A stretch of DNA of 64,000 bases from Klebsormidium nitens (Eukaryota > Plantae > Klebsormidiophyceae), in NCBI GenBank assembly GCA_000708835.1, contig DF237178.1, forward strand, positions 70,120 to 134,119, in the 5' to 3' direction. Shown here piece after piece: positions 37,101-49,481 of the stretch (positions are counted from its first letter, which is position 1; every line of letters starts with the position of its first letter). The notes below the pieces were generated by a model. The model saw nothing but the letters and a program-made list of their open reading frames with translations, ran no database searches and was not told the origin of the DNA. The position numbers were made by a program, and so were the translations under genes.

Positions 37101-37619
37101 CCGAAGCCAAGGGCAATCTTCTCCATCCTGGGACGCCGTGTCTTGTTGTCAAGACGACAAAGGGCGACGTGTCTGTTCTCCGTTCTGGCTGTCTGCCTAC
37201 GGCAGTCTCCAAGAAGGACTAAACGCAGCGAGTTTCGTGCTTCGAAAGTACAAAAGGCAGGGAGCAACGTGTCTTCATGGAAAAGGTCCGAGCTCCTCGT
37301 TAACCTAAGGTTTTGGGTGCATTTTGGCTGCGTTTTCGGTGCCTAACTCGGTCCTTCATGATGTGCAGAAAAGAAACGGGAGGCCCGGAGACGATACCAA
37401 AGGCGGCGGGCGTGGACCATAGGTCTGCTGGGCGGAACTGTTGGATTGTGCATACTCGGAGGCGCAGTCTACGGTGCTTATCAGTACTGGGATGGTGACA
37501 CCCCCTTCTTTGCAGCAGCTGAGTCTGATGAGAAGTCGTCAGCAGCCGCGCCGAGTTCGTCTGATGTTGTATTAGAGGAAAGTGGATCTTCACGTGTTGC
37601 GGTTAATAAACAGTCATGA
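34197..37619 (+). CDS. Coiled-coil protein with C-terminal transmembrane helix (resembles an uncharacterised land-plant family), ~484 aa, 3 exons
   Basis: Exons 34197-34593, 35832-36638, 37369-37619 (sum 1455 nt, in frame). Motifs FFDAEEAL, LQQEIRTRVLAQEAL and EIARLKEKLVYWDRVNEE, then basic RRRYQRRRAW, TM segment TIGLLGGTVGLCILGGAVYGAY and a Ser-rich tail. Start codon less certain. Confidence 0.75.
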
Positions 37620-39619
37620 GTACAGAATAGTGTACATAATACTGATAGTGATGATAGAGGTACGTCAATATTGGACCAGGTTCTTGGTAAAGTTTGTATG
37701 ATCTGGATGGACTCGCCTGCCAAGAGTTGACAAGCTGCCGAATCGAATACTTTCAGTATGTATCATGGCACGAATCACGCACGACTGCCATGTATGAACA
37801 CAAGTTTGTCCTGACCCGAGTCGAATATGATGCGCAAACAGTCAGTGTGGACTCTGCCCGCTCAATGCAGGCTGGGCCGCCACGTACCGCTGGAGACTGG
37901 TTGTCTCGCCGGCAGCCCGACCGAACCAAGATCAAGCCCAATTGTAGGTGTCGAAATCCGATTCTTAGTTCGCACATTCTTGAAAGGCTGGTCCCTGTTT
38001 GTACGGTTAAGTGTCATTATCGAGCCGCAACGACTCAAAAGTGCACCTCAACAACATTTCGGTTTGAAGGCCCTGGCCGGAAGCTCCACAAACTGAGCCA
38101 GGATCCGTCTTGCGCGCGCGCGCATATATATCAAACGGGAGAAATATAGTGATAGAGGCGAGGGTAATTTGTCGAGGTTGGTTCGACCACGCAACCATTC
38201 CAGTACCTAGTGCATTGCAACTTCGGTGGTGGAGAAACGAAGAGCTAGCGAGAGAAGGAAGATGCAGTATTGTTCAAGCTGGAATCATTCTTCCACTCTG
38301 AAAAAGTCTCGACTTTTAAAACTCAGTGTGCACCATTGCGGCCCGCTCCTTGACGATTTGCTCATGACGAACAAATGGAGCAAGCTTAGTCCGATACTAC
38401 TGTGGTCTGCGCAATTCGCATCACAAGGCTGATGTGCAGCACTTCGAATCTTACAACGCTTGTGCATATTCTGAAGGCATACGGCTGATGACATGTCTAC
38501 ATCCTGCCCTCATCCTGCACCAGCAAACTTAAGCTCGAGTCCATATACTTATGCTGGCGATTGTAGGGGGAGTACGTACTCGGACCTGGAGGTAACTGTC
38601 ACGATTTCTTGGCACAGTGAATCTTGGGGCCTGCAGTAGTCTGGCATCCGATACTTCCGATTAGGTATTGGATCGCAAGGTTCGACCCCGGTTCGACTTA
38701 TCTTTATATCTTCTGACCCCGGCGCAGATATGAAACGAACTTCTTCTTTCTTGTTCGGTCCCGCCAGGCCCTTCGGCCCTCATGGGGCCGCCGTGCACAT
38801 GCAGGAGAGTTGGGAGGACGAATCACCACAGCAATACATCAAGCTACTAGTCTCTTTACTTAGTCTGTCCCGAGCTACCTTTTTGGGAAAGCAAACTCGC
38901 CCATGAAAACGTGTGTTTAAGTACGATCATCCCACTAGCTGCCACTGAGCCAGGCTTGCCGTCAATCCTTCAACGAGCCGCCACTCAATGATATTGAGGT
39001 TATGCAGGATGTCAGCACATTATTGTCGGAGGGCCGGTTGCCGAGATTCTTCAGTCGACGAAATACTTTAGGGAAGGGGTTTGAATTCCTCGTTTCCTTC
39101 AACGTCCAAATGCAACCGCTCAGTCAGTGCTTTAGTTCCGGCGAGACGGCAACATCGCCTTCTTCCTTCACTGGGCCGTCAACTTGAAGCCTGGGCAATG
39201 GCGCATCTTGGGCTAGCTTTTCGATCGAAAGGCCCAAAGGGTAATTGAGCAGCTCCGTACCGCGCACTGCATCTCTGCATGTCGAATCGATTGCGGTAGA
39301 CTGGGGCCAAACTGTTTGCCCCAATCTCCCAATGGGAACGCGCCTCAGACGTGCGCCAATTCGACAGGAGCATTTCCGAGGTGAGATTTCCGGTGGTTCC
39401 GCTGTTCCGGTAGACGACCGGAAAACTCGATTCTGGGCGCAGCGCGCGCTTAAAATTCAATAGCTGGCCATGGGCCAGGCCGGTGGATGCAGTGCCTGGT
39501 GGATGATCCCCTTCTTCCCCCCCTCTCTACATTCCTACAAATTCAATACGTGGTGTTTTGCAGATTCACAGCGCCCCTGAAGGGTTGAAGGGGAACAGCT
39601 TGACCTTTGAATTTGGACG

Positions 39620-41939
39620 ATGGAACCAATGTCAGCGACCGCTGCTCTATCCTGCCTTAAGGGGTGTGTCGCTCTGGTAAAAGAGATCATAAAGCTCCGT
39701 GAAGGCCTTCAATTTCACAAACGAAAAAGTGTGGAATTGGTCCGGAGGTGCGAACTCCTAATGGAGTATCTGAATGACGTAATTGAGAGCGGTCCCATTC
39801 AGCAGACTGCCGCCGGAGCTTTGGAACAACTGCAGGAGCATCTCGTGAAAGCATACGAGGTGCTCCAAAAGTGCGGCGGGGGCCGCGTGTATAGGGTTAT
39901 CAACTACAGGGCCATCCAAGATGACATAACAGATGTCAACACCTCCATCTCAGCCTGTCTGGGGGACTACAATTTCTTCAATAGCATTCCTCGTGCGAGC
40001 CAGCCGCATTTGAAGAGATTGAGAGCAGACGTCCGCACGTACGGGGCTCTAAGTGTTGAAGAAAGGGTGGCTGACGGGATTTCTGAGGCTGCCTCAGGAA
40101 TCGAGATCGAGGAGACCAATGCGGTAGTGGAGACCATCCAAGAGCTCAGAAGGCAGGGAGTTTTCTCGGAAAGAGAGTTGGCAGCTTTTCGAGAGGAAGT
40201 GTCAGCAAACAATGCTGAGAGGGATCAGATGCTCAGGCTAGTTGGCATCATGGGAGAGGAACAGCAGATGCTGGCAGCGCAGAAACTGGCGTCGGAGGAG
40301 GAGTATCTGAGGCAGATTGCAGAGCTTATCTCCACGACAACGCAGACGACTCTGGAGCCTCCGGCACCCCCAGAAAGATTCTTGTGCCCCCTGACCCAGG
40401 ACATTATGTCAGACCCGGTCATTGTGACCTCCGGACGCGTCTATGAGAGGAGTGCAATCGAGCGCTGGCTCAAGGATCATGACACGTGCCCCGTAAATTC
40501 CCATCGACCCCAAAATTCTGATTAGGGTACTGGACCTGAGGGCTGAGATTGCTGATTGGCAGTCATCCAACCAATCAGCAAGAACCCCCGTCACGCCTGC
40601 CAGCACATTACGGTTTTCTTCAAGTAATGGGGACAGAATGACTGACGAGGATCTGCCATCTAATACAATCGCAAGGCTTGTCCATGATTTACACACCTAT
40701 GATCCCCCTCTCTTGTTAGAAACCCTACAACAGCTCGAGAACCTGGCGGTTGATGCGGCTAACCAGAGGGCCATTGGAGCGATGCCAGGGAGCCTGCAGA
40801 AGCTGGTGGGCCTGCTGGACAGCGAGAGCGAGGGCGTGCAATAATAAAGCAGCAAGTGCACTTTGCAACCTGGCGGTTGAAGCGGCCAACAGAACGGCCA
40901 TAGCCGCGGTGCCGGGGAGCCTGGAGAAGCTGGTGGGCCTCCTAGGAAGCGGGAGCGAGGACGTGCAACAATCTGCGGCGGCTGCGCTCCGGAATCTGGC
41001 ATGCAACGCGGTGATCAAGAGGGCCATGGCAGAAGTTCCGGGCAGCCTGCGTAAGTTGGTGGGTCTTCTGGACAGCGGAAACAAGGACGTGCGACAATCT
41101 GCGGTGGCGGCGCTCTCGAGCCTGGCGTTCGACACGGCGAACAGGAGGGCCATAGCAGCGGTGCCGGGGAGCCTAGAGAAGCTGGTGGGCCTGCTTGACA
41201 GCGGGAGCGAGGACTTGCAAGAAAGAGCGGCAGGGGCCCTCCAGAACTTGGCGGGCGGTGCACTGGTAAACAAGAGGGCCATTGCTGCGGTGCCGGGGAG
41301 CCTGCAGAAGCTGGTTGCCTTGCTGGAAAGTGGAAACGAGGGCGTGCAAAGAAAGCGGCGGGGGCGCTCGTGAACCTGGCGGTCGACGAGGCGAGCAAGA
41401 AGGCCATAGCCGCAGTGCCGGGGAGCCTACAGAAGCTGGTCGGTCTGCTGGAGAGCTAGAGCGAGGGCGTGCAAGAGAAAGCGGCGAGGGCGCTCGTGAA
41501 CCTGGCGGCCGACGCGGCGAACCAGAGGGCCATAGCTGCAGTGCCGGGGAGCCTGCACACGCTGGTCTTCCTGCTGGAAAGTGGAAACGAGGTCGTGCAA
41601 GGCTTTGCGGCGACGGCGCTCAATAGTCTGGCGGTCGATTACGTGGCGAACCAAAGGTCCATAGGGGTAATCTCGGAAAGCTTGGAAATGCTGGTTGCCT
41701 TGCTGGGAAGCCAGAGAGAGGGCGTTCAGGGACAAGCTGCGTCGGCGCTCGGGAATTTGGCGGCCGACGAGACAAACAAGAGGGCCATAGTCGCGGTGCC
41801 GGGGAGCATGCAAAAGCTCCGAGCGCTGATGGCCAGCGACAATGAGGCAGTACGGGAGCCGGCGGCGGGGGCGCTGGCGAAGCTTGGCATGGTGCAATAT
41901 ATAAAGTCGATCAATATTTGTGGATTGAGAAATCTGTGA
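39620..41939 (+). pseudogene. Intronless N-terminal helical bundle + U-box + ~9-10 ARM repeat (PUB-like E3) gene, disrupted
   Basis: U-box PPERFLCPLTQDIMSDPVIVTSGRVYERSAIERWLKDHDTCP continues in another frame as KILIRVLDLRAEIADW (frameshift ~40500). Frameshift plus stop at ~40843 (caataataaagc), frameshift at ~41348, and in-frame TAG at 41457-41459. ARM units are 42 aa (AIAAVPGSLxKLVxLL). Confidence 0.88.
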
Positions 41940-43056
41940 GTCTGGATTTTTTAACTTATGTAAGGGTTTTTCAGTCAAAGGCAATTGATGACAGGCCCGT
42001 AGGACTAAGCAAGGCGGGCTAGCACAATATATCGATGCCATTATAAACAACTGTGGCTATAATGGATAGAACCACGAAGCTCTCCAGCACATTCGACACT
42101 TGCCTCGTTGTAGATATGGAAAACTTACATATTTGCCATCTTGCTTGGCAAGGCTGCAGAATCAAGATAAATTGTAGCTACGAAGCTTACTTCTTCATAA
42201 ATGATGTATGCTGGTCAAATCTCGACTGACGGCCCTTGATTGCCGTGCCGTGGTGCTAATATTCCACTTCGATCCGTTCAGCTATGCCATGCAGCGGGGG
42301 CGCCATGCATCACCGTCCAGCATTGAGTGAACATCACGTACGTGCCACGGTGATGCCACGCGCATGTCGGATCTGACGGTCACAGTGTGCACAAGGATCG
42401 AGCCTGCATGGCATATACCATGCATGTTGTGCGCCTTAACTAAGCTTGATTGCCATGCGGTCGGACATGATCCGGGGGCCTGTGATTCAATTTGTAAAAT
42501 TCTGGCACTGTACTCGAAATTAATATACACCTATACCCGCAGCCAAGCGCACTTGAGTGGGACTTCTGGCCAGCTAAATGGTATAGGAGGGCGTTATGCA
42601 AGCCTGAGTGCACATATGGTATTGCAAACGCCTCCGAAGCAGCCGCCCCGGCCCATGGACGGTCAAGTCATCAGACGGCCAACATTGCAGGCCGGCCATG
42701 TGCAGATGTGCAAGTGATTGACAAGAGTACAAATACTGATGGATATATTTTCTGGCGGCCTACATGCATGACAGTGTATCCATCAGGTAGATTTGCAGTC
42801 TTTCTCCATTTAATAACAAAACACCCGTTGGAGCATGCTGCTCCCGGCAGTGGGCCCTGATTGCATTGCGGAATTCGGCACTCAGACTGAGTATGGATCT
42901 TGAATTTTATCAGACATGGAACTTTTATAGAGCCTGCTTGTCTGCTTGCAAGAGATGTTAGAACTTAAAAGTCTTCGACCTTTCTGAGCAGACAGTACCC
43001 CAAAGCATTGACGATTTCAATGATTCAGTCCAGAGTACGGCGACGAAACACGTTTA

Positions 43057-46000
43057 TCAGTGAGCTTTTGCGGCTTCCTCTGCGTCCTTCCAGGCCAGCT
43101 GCAGCAACCACGGAAGGCCGATAAGCATAGAAAGAAATCCCACTGCTCTGAAAGGTGAGTTAAGACTGAAGGAGCCCGCTACTCTACCCCCGAAAAGCGA
43201 GGGAAGTGGAGAGTCAGCCAGTGCCACAGTGCGCGTACACTCCAAGACGCAATCCCTTCCATTCCGCACAACCCGTTTGTCAATCAACACAAATACGCCA
43301 AATGTTAGAGAAGACGACGGGCCTATCCCTTCGCGCTCCAGCATTAGCAGCGCAGCAGGGCCATCCCAGCTTATTTGACTGCGAGAACCGATGCATTTGA
43401 ATGCTGTACCACGCATTTCGAACATTGAAAGCATCCTTATCGGACACAAAAGCTGGTTTTCCTCGAAGCAATGTTGCCCGATCGGCTTGGCCGTTCTCTG
43501 CCATCCCTGACCTTGATACTCTCCCGCTCAATTCTCCGCCGCAAAGCATTCAGAGCTCAACATCATTAATCATTTCTAATCTATACGAAGAGTCAGCCGT
43601 CCGTTAACCTCACCTTTTCCCGTTCAAGTCTCGACATGTGCTTCTTCAGCGTTCCCAGCCCTTGCCCCTCCCACGCGGCAGCGTCCTGCTTCGGGCGCTC
43701 GGCTCTCGCGGCCGCCGAAACCCCCAAACCCTGCTCCTGCGCGGCCGCCTTCTCGCGCTCAAGCCGGCTCATCTTCTTCACGAAACCCTGGCCAAACCCT
43801 TCCCCGGTCGCGCCCAAACCCTCATCCTTAAACCCTCTCGAGAGAACCGTCGTCGGCGTCAGGTCGTCCGCGCTCTCCGCCGCTTTTCGCGCCGCCTCTT
43901 TTTCCCGCTCTAGTCGCGAGGGCCGCTTAACCATGTCGCCGAGACCGCCGGCATGAGGGTTAGGGTCAACGATTAATTTTGCGGGTTTGCCGGGGGTCGC
44001 AGGGGCCGATTGCGCTGCGGCGACGGCGTCCGCTTTTGCCTGCTCCAACTTCGACAGCCGCTTCACCAGCACCTGACCCAGCCCCAGCTCCGGTTCCGTT
44101 CCGGGCGCTGTTCCGTTCTTCCTTCCGGCGGATCCGCTTAACTCCAGCTTCGCAGCGGCAGCGGCATCTGCCTTCGCTCGCTCCAGCTTGGACACGTGCT
44201 TCACCAGGTCACGTCCGAAGTCCGAGTTGGTTCCGTTTTGGGTTACCTCAACCCGCCCCTTGACCACCTTCCCGTCTTGCTCAGAATCTGCCTTCGCCGC
44301 CTCTGCCGCGTCCGCTTTTGCTTTCTCCAACTTGGACATACGCTTAACCAGAACCTGGTCAAGACCCGGTTCCGCTAACCCATCCTGACCGGCGGTGTTC
44401 CTTTTTGCCCGGTTGGCAGGGGCTCCTCTCTCGGACTCTGCTTTCGAAGCTGCAACCGCCTCTGCTTTCGCCATCTCCAGTTTGGACATTCTCTTGACCA
44501 AAACCTGGTCAAGCCCCGGTTCTGCTAACCCACTCTGACCTGCGTTCTCCTTTTTCACCACGTTTGCTGGCGCGTTCTTCTCAGCCTCCGCCTTGGAAGC
44601 GGCTTTTGCGAGCTCAAGTTTGGAGAGCCGCTTGACCAGGATCTGATCCAAACCCGGTTCTGAAACCTTCAAGCTCGGCAGAAATGACCCCATTTTGGGC
44701 GGGTTAGCGGTGGCGGTTTTCGCGGCTGCTGTGGCTTCGTCCTTTGCAACCTCGAGCTTGGACCGCTTGATGAGGAAGTCGTCTCCGAGACCGCTGGGCT
44801 TCTGGGGAGAGGTGATGCCGGCCAGTCTGCACAAGGGGGTGAAGGAGGCGGTTCAGCAACTCTCATCAACGCGGAGCGACTGGTACGATGATTTCGTGAC
44901 CAATTGATCGGCACTTCTGCAAGTGTAAGAGTCGTTGGATTTAAGGTCGTTGGTTGCCAGTAGTCTAGTAAAGCTGTGACTGCCCGATCGACGCCCATGT
45001 TAGGAAGGGGCGTAAGGTCGTCACTTGCAAGAGATGGTGTATCGGCAGAAACGAGGGAGGTGCGGTTCTGAAGTATTTAGGAGATTTCTGTAAGGAAGAG
45101 TGCCGCTGCTGTCTTTTGAGCTGACCTAGGCACTGAGAACTGGTGCCGGTGCATTCTCCAGCGATACGCGTACTATGACTTTTGACGGCGTCGGCACAGA
45201 GAGTCTGCTGCGTTTGCAACGGAGACAAACTGCACACAAATTTGTCCGAAAATGTAACCACGCGTTTATCAGAAGTCTTTCGACAGATTAAAGCCTGCTA
45301 TGTTTTTGCTATCGGAGAAGCAGTCCCACGACGGCCTCTTAGGCGCAGAAGAAAGCCGTAAACGGTTTCCGACCTCTCGTTCTCGAACCACAGCTCGGCG
45401 AAACGGGGTCTGCAGATATCCAGCCAGCCCGGTGCTTCACATCAACATGCTCAGCGAGCAACAAAGTTCCAGATGATAATGACTGGCAATCAGGAAAAAA
45501 GAGAACGATTCTCTTTCCCACTCGGTTGTCAGTGACGTCACCATGAAATGACCAAAGAGTGTGCCACGCAGTCCTGACAAGTCTTCCGACGAGCACAGCT
45601 TTACGTACGTGGCTTAAACGGTTGTTCAACATAGTCCACACATACCAACGGTGCGTCGAGTCGGAGGCGATTTAAATGCACTCTCTGCACCCGACGATTT
45701 TTAAAGAACGTGCGTATTTGAAAAGCATCAAGCATCTCGTCAAGCTGCATTTACCTGCTTGTCAAGGGGCTGCTCTCCATAAACCCTCCAAACCCTCTCG
45801 TCGCAACCACGCTGCCGACCGCGGCCCTCTGCTCCGCCGACAGGCCCGCCAAACGACCCACCATCGCCTCGACCAGTTCTTCCACGCTCTTTTCTCCCTG
45901 TCTAGTCGTCCCGCCCCCGGTGACCTCTTCTCCGGGCGAAGCTGCCTTCTGGGCACCCTCCAAATCCGGTTCCGGTTGCTCCCGAGCGGAATCGTGCACT

Positions 46001-49000
46001 TTACCGGGAGAAGCAAAGGCCAGGGACCTGCTCGGGGAGAACGCCACGTGTCCCCCCTCGTCGTCCGAATCGGACGCTTCGAGGGCGCTCGAGTAACGGG
46101 TCGCTGCCTTGCGCGGACGCCCGCTTGAGCTCCCTGGGGAGAAATCGGCAGCAAGCGGCACCTCCTTCCATGTGCCCGCCCCGTCTTTCGCCAATCCCTC
46201 ATCTTCGCCCGCAAAACCAGAAGCAGACACTCCGTCCTTCTTCAGAGCATCTTTCCCAAGGAGCCCGTTATCCTCTCCCTCTTCCTCGGAGCTAGAATCC
46301 TCCCCTTCGCTGTCTTCGTTGTCTTTTCCCCGGGGCGAAATGCACGCCATGAGCAGCCCCCCGAAGCGAGAACCGGTCTTGGCTTTCGGCGGGCTGCGGG
46401 GCTCAGCTTCGCCCCCAGCTTTCGCCCCGGGGGACTTCCCCGGGATGTATGACGTCACCCCGCCATTCTTCTCGAAGGGGCTGACGTCAGAATCGACCGG
46501 AGGGGCAGCTCGGGGAACAGTTCCGGTGACTGGGGTGCTGGGAGACGCTGGTGTACCGTTCCCTCCCGCTTCCGCTGATTGTTGCCCATCTCCGGTTGCC
46601 TCCCCCGCCAAAGTTTCTGGTTCTTCGGCCCCTTCCAGCGCCGCTGACGTCATCTCCGGCCCGTTCTCAGCCCCCGGCAGCTCGCCCTCCCCCGCTGACG
46701 TCAGCTCCGCCCGCCGGAGCGCGCTCTTCACCGCGCCGACCACCTCCCGCTCGACGTCGGCCTCTGACGCCGTGCTCGCGAAGATGACGTCGCGGTAGCC
46801 CCTGGCGGCGGTTTTGGGGGCAGCGGAGTGGGGCCGCCCGGACGCGGCGGGGGAGAGGACCACCCCGAGGGCCGCAGCGGCGGACGCCGTTTCGGACGCG
46901 CGGGATTCGGCGGCTCGGGCGCGGACGGCGGCGGCGTCACAGGGGATGCTGCAAATCGGACAATGCGCTAGGTTTATGTACAGTTCAAACGAGCTGTTTC
47001 GGACGCGCAGGACTCGGCGGCTCGGGCGCAGACGGCACCGGCGTCGCAGGGGATGCTGCAGAGCGGGGTATGAGAGGCTTTTATTAAAACAGTCCAATCA
47101 GAAAGCTGTTTTGGATGCGGGACTCGGCAGCTTGAGCGCGGATGGCGGCAGCGTCGCAAGCGATATTCGATTCTGACACCACAAATGACTGGGCAATTTA
47201 TTACAATAAGGCGTTCATCCACCTGCAGATTGAAGAGATGGAAGGCAGCTTCTTCGGAAAATAGAGAAAACCCTTGGTGGTTGTTGGATGTAAGTTCTTG
47301 CGCAACCTGCAAATCTGAGCCCGAGCCTGTCAAACCAAAGCGCAGCGAGCGTGACCTGCCACCTGTCAGCTTTTCACAGGCGAAACTACTGGAAGCAGCG
47401 ATTTTCTCAACACGGTTGACAACTCAACGAGTACTTTGAGAGTATATGATCCCCCCTCGCCTTAGACTTCGGTCCTCTTACGAAACTGGGCTTAGAAGAC
47501 TCCTGGGCTCAGACTACTTTTTCTTAGGGGCAGCGATTAGAGATGCCGAAAATCAAGATCAGCATCTTTCAACACGTGAGAGATCGTCAGCAAACTTTCG
47601 CTTCAAGGGTCAGACCACAGCACCCACTAGAGAAGGGTCTCCCTACCAAGTTTGTCTAGCTTACCTTGCTGCCTTCAGAATGCGGTATCAGCAGACCTCC
47701 ACCAGTGCCAGCTTTTGGGATAGAACGATCGCCAAGCTCTCATACTTCATACCCCCTAAACAACTAGGTATGAGATTCATTTTAGTCAGGGATGCGGCAC
47801 CAGCTGATCTCCACCAGCGGGAGCTTTGTGAAGAAAACATTTGCGAGCCCTCAGATGTCGTCAGTCCAACACAACTACGTAAGAGGATATATTTGAACAG
47901 GAGCTTACCTCGCAGCCTCGAGGATGCGACACCAGCTAACTTCCACCAGTGCGGCCTTCTTTGCCGCCAGTGCCGCCTCTGCTGCTGTGGCAGCTGCCGC
48001 CTTCTCCCGCTCCACCCGCGACATCTTCTTGACAAACGCCTCGCCCAGGTGCTCCTTCGGGCCCTCGCTCTCCTGTGCAAAGGATGAGGTCATGAGAATG
48101 GTTAGGTTAAATGGCAACCGGAACCTGCTTGGGTCTCCAACCATGCACTTGGGGTCCAACTACACCTGTCTACCCATTTCCCCCACTTGATTACGCGCGA
48201 CTGGATGGTTAGGTTCATCGGTTACTTTGCTTGTTGACCGGAACATGCTTGGTTTTCCAATCTGGCATATGTGATCCAAGTACGCCTATTTACAAATCTC
48301 CTCCACTCTAACTACGTGACAATCTTTGTGCTTGACAAGCATGTCTTCCTTGGAGAATTGCTACCAGGAAGACAGCAAAGGAGGACATCAAACCCAAATA
48401 TCGAATGTGCTGAATACTGGGTTCTGCTTCTAACTTCTAAGTTGGGGCCTTCCTCCGGTGCATCTATAGAGATAGATTGTAGAAGTAGTGTATTACGATC
48501 TCCTTTCTCATGCGTATCCGCTGAGTGGCACTGATTCTGTCTGGTGCATGGATCTTCAGGAGACAAGCCTTCCAGTACTCACTTCACTATGGGAGAAAGG
48601 CTCAGATATCTGATTGGGCAAAGGGCAATCGGAGAAATCCTGCCACAAAGCACTACCTCAGCATTTGTGCCCACCTTCCAGGTGTACTATTCAGATGTCC
48701 AAAGCTAAAACTCATTCCTTTTGGTTCCAACCTGTGCTTGCTTCTCAAAACAACATCATCACTGCGTCAGCATCTGCTCACCACTCTGTACTACCCACAG
48801 CAGCATCATCTTCTGTTCGGATAAGAGCCCACTCACCTGCATCTTCTTGATCTTGCGCTCCAGAAAGGAGTCCTTCTTGGCCCTTGGGAACCACGCCAGC
48901 GGCTCTTTCTCCTGCTCTGCCTCTGCACCATCTTCCCCCCCCTCTAGTTCTTCTCCTGCGCTGCACTCCACCCGCCTGGCCCCCGCTTTGAGTGCTCTCG

Positions 49001-49481
49001 TTGGCACCTCACTTTGAACACCCTCTTCTGTCTGCGCATTTGACAACCAGAGCACTCTTTTTGCTTTTCCTAGCCCTTGCCTGGCAGCCTCCCCTGCTTC
49101 ACTTGGGACAATTTCGCGCTCTTCTGCAATGCTGCCATCGCTCAGGACTCCATTCGCTGAGTCGTGAATGCTGTCTCCCGTGTCATCAGCGCGCTCGGTT
49201 GGTGACACTGCATCCTCTGCCCGTCCTGCTTCTGAAGTGACGCATTCTGGCACAAAATGATCAGATTGCCCCGGCATGTTTACAATCCCAGTCAACATAG
49301 CGTATCCCCCGTCGTTGTTCCCTGATTCAGCAAGGGCGATCTCAAGGTTGGAGGGGACTTTCTGCAGGGGGACTCTCTCAGGACTTGGAGAGCAACCTGC
49401 TGCACCTGCCTTCAGCATTTCTGTTCTTGTAACTACACCAGCTGGTTCAAGGTTCTCGTGACTGACAAGATGGGACGCCAT
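43057..49481 (-). CDS. Conserved plant-type protein of unknown function with ~10 LVKxxS(R/K)LExxK repeats, ~1085 aa, 5 exons
   Basis: Exons 49481-48837, 48072-47909, 46948-45755, 44826-43614, 43098-43057 (sum 3258 nt, in frame). Blocks AWFPRAKKDSFLERKIKKMQ, LVEVSWCRILEAASIPC and MVGRLAGLSAEQRAAVGSVVATRG resemble a land-plant family I recall but cannot name. Confidence 0.82.

Noticed and set aside
37694-38432. ORFs of 151 aa and shorter downstream of the TM coiled-coil gene
   Set aside because: The gene model closes in frame at 37619; these ORFs lack coding-like composition or motifs.
38625-38700. tRNA/SINE-like stretch with GGTTCGACCCC (B-box-like) and a 7-bp stem
   Set aside because: No acceptor stem, no valid T-stem and a 10-nt loop, so it cannot be folded as a tRNA; no second copy supports a SINE. 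tRNAscan-SE would settle it.
42280-42790. CATG/ATGCAT-rich intergenic tracts (also 58350-59560) suggesting decayed transposons
   Set aside because: I could not define termini, ORFs or alignable homology by eye.
46109-46798. 229-aa plus-strand ORF and similar ORFs over 43636-44388
   Set aside because: Antisense to GC-rich coding exons of the repeat-protein gene.
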